NCBI GenBank assembly: GCA_918797485.1 | Contig: CAKKNE010000005.1 | Span: forward strand, 4,092,001 to 4,156,000 | From: Pelagomonas calceolata | Lineage: Eukaryota | Length of the DNA: 64,000 nucleotides | Direction: 5' to 3' | Part shown: in pieces, positions 43,407 to 53,527 of the stretch | Layout: the number at the start of each line of letters is the position of its first letter | Position numbering within the stretch: the stretch's first letter is position 1 | Made by a program: the position numbers and the translations under genes | The notes under the pieces: generated by a model | The model's database searches: none | What the model was told of the DNA's origin: nothing | What the model saw: only the letters and a program-made list of their open reading frames with translations

Positions 43407-46400
43407 TCAGCGCATCGCCTCGGGCTCCGGCGCACCCGGTGCGAAGGCGGTCAGCAGGTCCCGCTTGAGCGCGTCCGTCACGGGCCACTTCTCTTTGGCG
43501 GCGGTCGTCTGGAACCACGTGATGACCGTCGTGAAGGGGCAGTCCCAGGGCTGCTTGGCGTGGGTCTGGAACTCGTTGCCTCTCCGGTAGACGTGGCCCT
43601 GGCCCATGCCGCCGCTGTATTTCGAGGAGGCCCGCACCATGAGCTCGCCCGCGAGGAAGGGCGTCTCTCTCCTTATAGACTTTCGCGTTTGCAGGCGGCC
43701 CGCCGTCTCTGGCACGACGTAGCAGAAACTGAGGGCCTTGCCGTCTCGTTCCGCCGCTTGCAGGAGTTCGACGACGTGGTCCTCGACCGCCGTCGATCTT
43801 ATGGTGAAGGGAGGGTTCAGCTCGAAGGAGCCCATCTTCGGCCGCCAGTCGAAGAACGAGCCCAGCGAGCCAAAGCACCTATCCGCTTCAGAATGAAGCG
43901 AGCAGTAACTTTGGAGCGTCGCATTCAAGGGCGTCGCGAAGCCTTCGCCCTCGCAGCCCCACTCTTGTAAAGTGCCAAAGACCGCCAAGGGCAGCATGCC
44001 GTGCTGGCCCGGGTCGCTCAATAACGCGCCGTACTTCAGCAACACAACCAAACAGCGTGTGAGGAACCGCGCCTGCTCCAACTGCTGCTTCTGGGCATTC
44101 CCAGCACACGTCGCCCGTATGAAGTGGTCGTGCCTCCTTTTGAGGCGGAAGAGGACCTCGAGGCGAATACACGCCCGTAATTTCGGCGCGGCCTTGCAGA
44201 CGAGCTCGCACGTCTGGCCCCGCGGGTTGTCGACGCGGTGCACGCCTGTGTAGACATCAAGCAGTGAGTCGGGTGCGCGTCGATGGCGTGCGGGCCACGA
44301 TTCAGCCGGAGAAGCGCCACGAAGATTTTCGTCATTGTGTGTGCTTGTCGATCGACGCGGTGCCAGGGACGACGTCACGGACGGCGTCGGGGTTGCGCCG
44401 CCGCCGCGACGTCTCGCGCGGGCGGATCGAAGGCCACACAGAAACCAAGGACGCCGCACACAAACCACAAGTCGCGTCCGTCCAGTCGTCCGTCGCGCAG
44501 TCGCGCGAGAACGTCTCGAGCGTGTCCGACGTCTCGTCGTTGGCCTTGAGCCAGGAGCGAGCCGCATCGCTCGCAAGTTTTTTAGCATTGGCGCCGGCGT
44601 AGGGCGAGGCCGGGTCGGGCTTGGCCTTGTGGACGAAGTCGAGGATGGACTCTTCCAGTTTCTGGTGCGTCTCAGAACATTCTAGAGACGGCAGGGGCCG
44701 CGTCCGCGTCCGCGACGGCGCGCTCCCGGCCCAGAAGCTACAATACCCGAACAGGTTGCCCGCCTCCTTCTGGCCCTCGTATCCCGAGGGCTTGATGCGG
44801 CCGGCCCTAACACACGCGTCCCGCAGCAAAAAGTCCAGGTCGGCCCGCGAGTCCTGGGCCGCCTCGCAGCCCTTCTCGACCATGAGCAGCGGCGACGTCG
44901 TGTAGTCTATAATAGGTGTCCGCGGCCTCGCGGACGGGTCGTGCTTGTAGGGGCACGCGTCGCCGTTCCGGCACTCGCCGCGCGCCCAGAAGTGGCACGC
45001 CGTGTCTCCTCTAGGATCGGGGCTCGGCCTCCTCTGGACGACGGCGGGCTTCTTCGGCTTCCTAGGGACGGCCGTCGGCTTCACGACAGGTTCGACGGCG
45101 GGCGCCTTCTTCGCCTTGAGCTTGCGGCGCGGGATCTTCGCGACCGGCGCGGCCGCGGGCGCGGCGGCGGCGCGCTTGCGGGCCTTGGTCTCCGCAGAGC
45201 GCTCGACGGCGGCCCACGCGTCCGCCGCGGTACTCGGCGCCCGCGCCGCGGCGGCCCAGACGGCCTCGGCGCGGGCCTGGGCCCGCGCGCCGACGGCTGA
45301 CGCCGCCTTCTTCGTCGCCTTCTTCTTCTTCGGCGGCGCGCGGGCCTTCTGCTGCGGCGGCAGCCGGATGTCGTGGTTCTCGCGCGGCGTCACGCCGCAC
45401 TGCTTCAGGCGGCGCTCGGCCTTCTTGTTGGGCCTAGCTTGCCGCAAACTGCGCAGGATGCCGGCCTCGCACCGCCGGAAACACTCCTTGGCCCGCATCA
45501 CCTCCCGCTCGCCGTCGTCGAAAACGACGTCGACGTCCCCGTCGCCCCTACTATTAAGATCGGCCTGGACCACGGTCCCGCCCCACCACTCCTGGCCGTG
45601 CTCGTCCTTATCAAATAAAGCCCACAACCGGTCGCCTCTTTGCACGCCGCGCGCCGAGCGGTCGTTCTCTGCTATGACCATCGTTACTACTTCCTCCTCT
45701 TCGAACTCCTCTTCCTCCTCTTCTACCTCTTCTTCGGCGGCCTTCGCCTTCTTAATAAGTTCTTCGACGCCGGCCTTCAGTCTCCTCGCCTTCACGGGGT
45801 CCGCGTCGTTGCGAGCCTGAATAGCGCCGTTCGCCGCCTTCCAGCGCTCGAAGAGCGTCGTTGCTTGTTCTATCGAAGCGCTGGCGTCGGCCTGGCCGTA
45901 GGTCTTCTGCTTCTTGAGCTGCTTGAGGGCCTGGATGACGCCCGTGGCGCCGAGGCCCTCGTAGGACGTAATACTGTTCTCGACGTCCCCCAGAGCGTCG
46001 AGGGCGCCGAGCGCTTTCACTGCGGCCGCCGGGTCTCCCTCGGACGCGGCTTTTCCTAAATCGGCGCCGCAGCGGGCGAGCCGCGCGAGCAGCGCCGCCT
46101 CCTCGGCCTCGGCGGCGGCCGCCCGCTCGGCCGCGCCGCCGTCGTCCTCTTCTTCCTCCTCGTCCGCGATGCGGCGCCGCGCCCGCGGCGAACGTGGCTT
46201 CTCGTCGGGGATCTCGGCGGCCGCCTCGTCGACGGGCTCCTCCTCGTCGGGCGGCGCCTCGTCGGCGTCGACGGGCTCGTCCGCCTCGTCCGCCTCGTCC
46301 ACGACGGGCTCCTCGTCCTCGTCAGCCGGCGGCGCGGGCGCCTCGTCGTCGTCGTAGGGCTGCGTGTCGACGGGCTCCTCGTCGGCGCTCTCCGTGACGA

Positions 46401-48033
46401 CGCGCGCCGGCGCCGCGGCCTCGACCGGGCCGGCGCGCGGCGACGACGACGGCGACCGCCGCTTCCGCAGCGTCGCGACGTCCTCGTCACTGTCCTCGTT
46501 GGTCGACGGCGGCGTGTCGTCGGACGGCCGGCGCGAGCGCGCTTCCGGAATGGCGACGGCGAGCGGGCCGAGCACGGACGCCGCGACGTCCGGCTTGTTC
46601 CGGTTGTTGTCGAGGCGGCTCGCGAGGACCGTCGCCGCGTCGAGCGACGCCGCGCGCCGCATGGGCCGCTCCTCCGCGCCGGCGGGCTCTTCGACGACAT
46701 CATCAATCTCCGCCTCGCCGAGGCCACTCGCGTTCACGCACGTGTCGCAGCGCCACGTCCGCCGCCGCCGCCGCTGGCCCGAGCAGTCGCGGCACATCTC
46801 GACGGCGCACGCGTCGCAGCGCACGCAGCCGTCCGCGTCGAGCGACCCGTCCGGCAGTCTGGTGGATTCCCCGCACATGAGGCACGCGCGGTTTTCTGTG
46901 GATGGCGTCGCGGGCGTTGGTGGAGGCGGCGGCGGCGCCGCGGCGGCGCCGTGGATCAAACATTTCCGCATCGTCGTCTCGGCGTAGGCCTGGCGGTAGC
47001 CCGGGTCGTCGTCCCAGCGCACCTCCCACTTGCCGGACGCGCGCTGGGCCGAGATCGTGCCGAGCCACTTGCGTGCGCCGAAGCCGGGGAAGGATTTGGC
47101 CACTCTTGCTCCTACTCGTACGTCGTTCATCGGCGGCGGCGGGGGCGTCGGCGGCCGCGGCGGCGGCGGCGGGCGCCGGAGGCGGACGATGGTCTCGCCC
47201 TTGGCGTTGAAGCGCGCGCCGGGCGGCAATGGTCGCGGCGGCGCGGCGGCCGCGGGAGCTGCCACGGGAGCCGGCGGCGCTGCGGGCGGCGCGGCGGCCG
47301 CAGGAGGCGCCGGCGCAGCGACCGCGGGAGGCGCCGGCGCCGCGGGCGGCGCACCGGGGCCGATCGTCTGGCGCTTCACGCGTTTGCCCTTCGTCGCGGC
47401 CGGCGCGGTGGCCACGACGACGACCGGCGGGGCCGCCGCGTCCGACGCGGCGCGCGGCGCGGGCGGGGTGAGCGCCATCGGCGCCGCGGGCGGCGTGAGC
47501 GCCATTGGTGCCGCGGCGGCTGTCGGCGCGGCGTCCATCGGAGCAATCGACGTCGACGGCGGTACGGCCGGCGTGAGCGCCATCGGTGCCGCCGTAGCGG
47601 TGGGCGCGGCGTCCATGGGAGCCGTCGGCGGTACGGCCGGCGTGAGTGCCATTGGGGCGGCCGCGGCGGTCGGCGCGGCGTCCATCGGAGCTGTCGGTGG
47701 TACGGGCGGCGTCAGCGCCATGGGCGCGCGTGCGGGCGGCGTTAGGGCCTTTGGCGCTCGCACACTGGGCGCCGCGTCCATGGGCGCCAGCGCGTCGCCG
47801 CAGAGCATCGGGTCGCCGGCCGCGTCGGCCTCCGTGAGCCAGGGGTCGACGAAAGGCGGCGCGGCGCGCTGCGGCGCGGCGACGGGCGCTGTGCGCCCCC
47901 CGTCCAAGGGCATTGGGGCCGCGTGGGGGGTCCCTGGCGGCTGTGCCTCCTGAGGGGCCATGTCCATAGAGCCTTCATAGGAAGCGGGGCAAGCCGGCAG
48001 TGCGTCGCCGGCTGGTGGATTGTTGAAATCCAT
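43407..48033 (-). CDS. PCIF1/CAPAM-like adenine methyltransferase fused to Tudor-like, PHD-like, TFIIS-N-like and CCCH domains; join(48033..44364,44245..43407)
   Basis: EGFATPLN..YCS..FGSLGSFF..GSFELNPPF (PCIF1 catalytic signature); CHFWARGECRNGDACPYKH (CCCH). GC-AG intron 44246..44363 joins the two ORFs in frame (VVPG|VHRVDN). Confidence 0.75.
44246..44363 (-). mobile_element. Decayed introner (118-bp GC-AG intron)
   Basis: Sense 3' end gcacccgactcactgcttgatgtctacacag resembles the family end gcacccgacgcactggttgatttccacacag; core motif at 44276-44289. Confidence 0.75.
47465..47790. repeat. Coding tandem repeats (APMALTP / APMDAAPT units)
   Basis: Repeated PMALTPAVPPTAPMDAAPTAAAA units in the N-terminus of the PCIF1-like protein. 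Confidence 0.85.
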
Positions 48034-48101
48034 GATCGCCTGGAGCCGCGCGCGCGCAGGCGCGCAGCACTCGGCGTCTCTCTGCGCGTCGATTTGCGCT
48101 A

Positions 48102-48124
48102 GCTAGCGGCTGTAAAGACACTAG
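48102..48124 (+). promoter_or_regulatory. CTAG-bounded upstream motif
   Basis: gctagcggctgtaaagacactag, upstream of the PCIF1-like gene. Confidence 0.7.
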
Positions 48125-48315
48125 CAAACCAGGCATAATATATTATCTGTAACATCGACGAAGGAGCATAAATATTCTGTGGCGCGGCGCGATGGAGCTA
48201 GGCGTCGGAGTCCATTTGCGCGCGAGCCCGACGCGGACACATGACCGCGACTGTGGGGAACACGCCGTCGCCGCGCTCCATCACCAACGGATCCACAACG
48301 AATCAGTAGAAGAGG

Positions 48316-50341
48316 TTACTTCGGAGGCGTAGGCGTCGCGTGCTTGACGTCGACGACCTTGTCGAGGATGACGTGCTTCGCCGTGCGGGCGCAGTCGCGC
48401 GCGGCTCCCTCGTCGGCGTAGGTCACGAACCCGAAGCCGCGCGAGCGCCCGTCGCGCCGCATCACGATGCAGCTCGTCACGCGCCCAAACCGCTGGAAGT
48501 GCGCCCGGAGCTCGCCGTCGCCGCATGCGTGCGAGAGGCCGCCCACGAAGAACTTGCGGTTGCCGATGTTGAGGTCGGCTGTCGGCGGCGGGCCGTGCGC
48601 GAGCTGTCTCCTTGCAGCTTGAGAAGCCGGCGACGGGGGGCGCCGCCCCGGCGGCCGCCCCGCCGTGCCGTCGTCGTCGGGATCGGCCCAGCGGAAGCCG
48701 TCCCAGACCTTGCCCGGCGGCGGCCCGCGGGGCGGTCCGCGCGGCGGCCCGCGCGGCTGCGGCGGGCCGCGCCCCCGGAACCGCTCGGGCGACCGGCCAC
48801 GTGGCGGGCCCCGCATGTCGTCGCGTGGCGGAGGGCCGCGGTTGTCGCGTGGCGGGCCCCGCACGTCGTCGCGTGGCGGAGGACCGCGGTTGTCGCGTGG
48901 CGGCCCCCGCACGTCGTCGCGTGGCGGAGGACCGCGGTTGTCGCGTGGCGGGCCCCGCACGTCGTCGCGTGGCGGAGGACCGCGGTTGTCGCGTGGCGGG
49001 CCGCGGAAGCGGTCGTCTTCGCGCGGCGGCAGCGCGCCGGGCGGAGGCACGTCGAAGCGCGGGTCGTAGCCCGTTTTCGGGCCGGGGCCCCGCGGCGGGT
49101 TGCCGCCGCGCCCGTGCGGCGGCGGCCGCCGGTCGGGCGAGCGGCCGCGCGGCGAACGCCGGTCCGGAGAGCGCTCGCGCGGCGGCGGACCTCTGAATCC
49201 GTTATCGCGTGGCGGCGGGCCGCGGTCGGGGCCGCGCGGCGGCGGCGCACGGAAGCCGTCGCGAGGTGGGCCCCGCAGGTCGTCGCGCGGAGGCGGGCCG
49301 CGGTTGTCGCGCGGTGGGCCGCGGAAGCCGTCACGTGGCGGCCCGCGCCGCGGCGGCGAGCGCGAGCGTCGATCGCCGGGCCCGTCGCCGCGCGGCGGGC
49401 CCCGCCGATTATCACCACGCGGCGAGCCCGGCGGCGTGCCGAGGTTCGGGGGCCCGCGGGAGTCGCGCGGCGGCGACCGCGACCGGCGGCCCGGCGGCGA
49501 GCGCCCGCGTGGCGGCGGCCGCCGCTCCGGCGAGCGGCCGCGCGGCGGAAACTGGCCGCGCGGCGGCGGCGGGCGCCGATCCGGCGAGGGCGAGCGTCGC
49601 GGCGGCGACCGCCCGCGAGGGCGCCGGCCGGGCGGCGAGCGCGACCGCCGGTCGTCGAAGGGCGACGCTCCATAGGGGATCTGCTGCGATCGTTGCTGCT
49701 GCGGTGGTTGCCTTGGCTGGCGTTGCTGGACCTGTGACCGCTGCTGCGCACTTTGGCTGAACTTGCGTTGAGTGGATTGACTGGCTTTTTTTTGAGGGGG
49801 CATCGCGCTAAGGGGGGACAAGACTGAGGGTGAGATTCAAGACGCGGCGAAAAGGAAAAGAAACCATGCCAGAACTAAGGAAACGTACCCCTTGGCAGCA
49901 TCATCTGTCGTTGTTGTGTCCCACTTCGAGGGCCGCCGCCGCCGCCGCGGCGACGCCGACGACGACGACCGCCGGCGGCGGCCGCGATCACGGGACCGCG
50001 ACCGCGACGGCGACGGCGACGCCGCGGCCGGCGACGGCGGCTTCAGGTTTTTTAGTTCTGCAGCGATCTTCGCCTGTAGACTCGACCATGAACATACTAA
50101 TATCACAAAAAACAACAAGCTGCTCTACTAAATGCTATCTGACTCCGCCCGGGACCTCCCGGCTCTTCAAACTGTTGCGCAGGTCGCGCTGCTTCATCAG
50201 GGCCACGGCCCGCTTCTGGAGCTCTTCTGGATCTTCATCAAAGACCCCTAAATCATACATCTCCTCGTCGGCCTTCTTCTTTGGTTGTTCGGTTGTTGGA
50301 GGCTCGCCGGGGTCGTAGCTCTCCTCGGAGTCGCTACCCAT
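48316..50341 (-). CDS. Arg/Pro-rich (RS-like) RNA-binding protein with C-terminal RRM; join(50341..50156,50073..49889,49807..48316)
   Basis: RNP2 KFFVGGL and RNP1 RGFGFVTY; RSRSP repeats. Two AT-rich GT-AG introns keep the frame across three ORFs. Confidence 0.75.
48800..49005. repeat. 48-bp coding tandem repeat (~4 copies; GPPRDNRGPPPRDDVR)
   Basis: Near-identical 48-bp units visible in both DNA and protein. Confidence 0.9.
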
Positions 50342-50682
50342 GGTTGTATCTAGGTAAAAAGAAAGCAAATATGGAACGAAGCTCACTGCTATCTGCTGCG
50401 TTGACTAACTACTGAAGCTGCTATTGTGAGCGGTGCGGCGTATCTAGGTGAAAAAAATACAAATATGGAACTAAGCATTGCGGAATACCACTGTTGGATG
50501 CGGCTAAAGTGCTGGCGACCAAAGCTAGGCTAACCTGGGGAAGCTAAAAAACAGCGCTGCGATCTAACTAAAAGCCAGAGCGTGGCAACTAAAAGCCTTC
50601 GAGCGTTGTCTGTATGTCACAGGCCGTCGCGCGGGGCCGCGCTGGGCGTTTTATGGACGTACGCTGAAAAAGCTGCCTCTTT

Positions 50683-50703
50683 CTAGTGTCTTAGTCCGCT
50701 AGC
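50683..50703 (-). promoter_or_regulatory. CTAG-bounded upstream motif
   Basis: gctagcggactaagacactag (minus), upstream of the RRM gene. Confidence 0.7.
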
Positions 50704-50805
50704 TGGCGCCCGCGGCGACGAGTCCGTGCGCCGAGTGATCGAGGGGCGGCGGCGGCGGCGCGAGCTTTTGTTGTTGTTGGTACTGTTTTTAAAACTTCAC
50801 ATTAA

Positions 50806-51612
50806 CTACCTAGGCTTGTGCAGGACGTGGAGCGTGCCGCGGACCGGGAGCCCGCTCTCCATGCGTGGCTGGAAAGATATGGCCTCCCGCGGTTCCAGTC
50901 CGATCGATGTCGCCACGTCGCGCACGTAATCGGGGTGGTGCGCGTAGCGCTCGATAGCCTGGAGGACCCACCGCCAGTCGCCTTCTGGCAGGGTCTCCAC
51001 GGTGAAGATGAGATCCCCCCCCGGCGCCGTCTTCGCGGCTAGGGCTCCGAGCACGTCCCTCAGGTCCCCGAAATAACACAACACGTCGGCCGACACGACG
51101 AGCTCGTACTGCGCGTCCAACCCGCATTTGTCGAGCTGTAGCAGGTTGCCCGTCTCGACGCGGCGGTAAATCGTCTCCCAGCCCGTGGCCTTGCGCGTCG
51201 CCGCGTCCGCGCGCTCGAACTCACCGCCGTCCGTCAGACAGAGCTCCGCCGCGTACTCGGCCATCTTCGAGGAGAGGTCGACGCCGTCTAGGGCTCCCTG
51301 CACGGCGTCGCGCAGCTCGAGGCCCGCGAGGCCCGTGCCGCAGCCGGCGTCGAGCGCGCTCGCGTATTTTGTGCCGCGAAGTGCCGTGGCGTTGATCGCC
51401 GCTTCCGCCACCTTCGCTGGTGCACAATATTCCAACTGCTCGACGAGCACGCCCTCGAAGGTGTCGGCGAAGCCGTCGAAGAGGGACTCGACGTAGTCGC
51501 TCGTGAGCTTGGTACCTTTGCAGGGTGTGTGCCGTCGTCGTCGCGGTGCTGTTGTGAGGTGCAGTGCGTGGGTGAGCTGTAATACCAGCAGGGCGCGATG
51601 GATGTGCCGCAT
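50806..51612 (-). CDS. Class I SAM-dependent methyltransferase (COG4976-like), organelle-targeted
   Basis: YVESLFDGFADTFE..LEYCAP, LDAGCGTGLAG, GVDLSSKM, SADVLCYFGDL, RYAHHPDY. Confidence 0.85.
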   Translation of the reverse strand: MRHIHRALLVLQLTHALHLTTAPRRRRHTPCKGTKLTSDYVESLFDGFADTFEGVLVEQLEYCAPAKVAEAAINATALRGTKYASALDAGCGTGLAGLELRDAVQGALDGVDLSSKMAEYAAELCLTDGGEFERADAATRKATGWETIYRRVETGNLLQLDKCGLDAQYELVVSADVLCYFGDLRDVLGALAAKTAPGGDLIFTVETLPEGDWRWVLQAIERYAHHPDYVRDVATSIGLEPREAISFQPRMESGLPVRGTLHVLHKPR

Positions 51613-52506
51613 TGTAGCACTGCCTGCTGCAGCCTCACTGATTTGTGCGATGCAGTGCCCCAAACTGCTAGATTTTTGGCCCAGTCAAAGAATAATGCGA
51701 ACTCCGAAGCTCCTTGCAAGGCAACGCGTGCAGCAACTCGCGCAAGGTCGAGGCTGGCTCATGCAGCGTCGAGCAGTCGAGGCAAAGGACCAGGCCGCCG
51801 CAAGGTGGGCAAAGAGGCCTCCTATACGCTCAAGCACACGTGGAAATGTCGCTGGATTCGCTCAGAGGACTTCTGCAAAAATCGCACAAAAAACCCGTGT
51901 CTCCGTGTCTAGCCGCGCCAAGGCATGCCGCTGCTTCCGCATGAGGGCCAGGGCCCCATTGAGGAGCTCCTGGAGAGGTGAGGCTGCTTCCCCGCGGTCT
52001 GATGGTGGTTTGAGAATGGCGCGCGCGCGCGGGGGCTCCAGCTGGGCTGCCAGACTCGTGCATTCGCGGGAAAGGACCGCGTCTCTGTTCCGGGCCGACC
52101 CGCAGCGCCGGCAGACCGAAAAGACGCGGCGAGAAGCTTGTTATCGTGCGGGTATCAAAAGTCTCTAGGAGTTAGCGGCCCACCTCTAGCAAATTGCCTC
52201 CGCGCTTCCACTTTTAGGGAGATCCGCAGTTCCCCCGAACGTTGTAAGGCCTCAGTGTGTTGCATCCTTCGATCTCAGAGCTTCCCCACCTCCTGCGGGG
52301 CCTGCGCCAGCTCGTTTCGCCAGCAACAGCCATTTGCAAGGCTTGGCCGCTCCGCTTCCGACGGGCCGCGCGCGCCCTGTGGCGCCTCGACAGCCTTGCC
52401 ACAGCCACGACCAAGCCTCCGCCCGACCGCGCGACGCCCCCGCACCGCCAGAACCGCCAAACCAGACGTAAACCGCCGCCCGCAGGTTCGAAGCGCCCGC
52501 CCAAGC

Positions 52507-53154
52507 ATGGACCAGGGCCAGTACTACCCCGGCCAGCCCCTACCGGTGGCCTACGGCATCCCCTCGGGCCTGCCCTCCGCCAAGTCCGAGGAAGATAGAC
52601 TCAGAGAAGAAGTAGCGCGCCTCAAGTCGGAGAACGCCGAGTTGAGGGGTGAGGACGACGAGGAGCTCGCGCCCCTCGGCGGCGGCCCGCCCAAGAAGCG
52701 CGGCCGCCCGGCCAAGGACGACGGCCAGCGCCCGAAGAAGGGCGGCCGCCCGCCGAAGTGGGCCCTGAGCGAGGGCCAGAAGCCGCCGGCCGGCGGCGAC
52801 GACGCGCCCAAGGGCAAGGGGACTCATTCTAGACGCCCGAAGAAGGCCGAGGGCGCCAAGAAGCCGCGCGGGGCGCCCACCTCTGAATATCATGGTGTGA
52901 GCGCGGCTCCCTCGAAGAAGAACCCGTGGCAAGCTAGAGCGACGAACCCCGTGTCCCTCGGCGGCGACGGCAAGTACAAGTCCATCGGCCTCTTCCCGAC
53001 GGAGAAGGAGGCCGCCATGGCCGTCGACGACTACCTCTACAAGACGTTCCCCGAGAAGTACGCCGCCTTCCGCGCGAACTTCCCGCGCAACGCCGACGGC
53101 ACCTGCGACGTCTCCGGCGTGCCGGGCCCGCCGCCGGGCGGGCCGCCCCTCTAG
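52507..53154 (+). CDS. AP2/ERF-domain transcription factor with AT-hook-like motifs
   Basis: SEYHGVS..WQAR..IGLFPTEKEAAMAVD..ANFP; KKRGRPAK and KKGGRPPK; short coiled coil. Confidence 0.85.
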   Translation: MDQGQYYPGQPLPVAYGIPSGLPSAKSEEDRLREEVARLKSENAELRGEDDEELAPLGGGPPKKRGRPAKDDGQRPKKGGRPPKWALSEGQKPPAGGDDAPKGKGTHSRRPKKAEGAKKPRGAPTSEYHGVSAAPSKKNPWQARATNPVSLGGDGKYKSIGLFPTEKEAAMAVDDYLYKTFPEKYAAFRANFPRNADGTCDVSGVPGPPPGGPPL

Positions 53155-53326
53155 AGGCTGAAGCCGCGCCGCCTAAGTAGGCCCGGGCCACCGTATCTTT
53201 TGTATTGAGTCGCGGCGATGGCGTACCGCGGGGGTATTTCTGTTGCGCCCGACCAGTGCGAGCGTCCGGTATTGTTACGGTGCTGGAAAGTGCGCGGAGA
53301 TGAGAGTTATGTGCGCGGATAAATTG

Positions 53327-53349
53327 CTAGTATCTTACGGCACGCTAGC
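53327..53349 (-). promoter_or_regulatory. CTAG-bounded upstream motif
   Basis: gctagcgtgccgtaagatactag (minus), ~180 bp upstream of ATAD3. Confidence 0.7.
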
Positions 53350-53527
53350 CGACTATCGTGAAAAGGCGAGGCGCCACTGTGAGCCAAGCGCTGCAGCAGA
53401 GTGCACAAAAAAGCAACAGAGCGCAGCATTCGTGCGCATCTCCCACTCCACAAAACCCCAGACGAGGAGCGGCACGGCTAACGCAAGCATCAACCTCGCC
53501 GCCTGCTGACCAGGCCAGCAAAACGCG

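Noticed and set aside
48800..49005. Regularly spaced repeats resembling a CRISPR array
   Set aside because: Contiguous in-frame coding repeats with no unique spacers, no cas genes, and a eukaryotic context.
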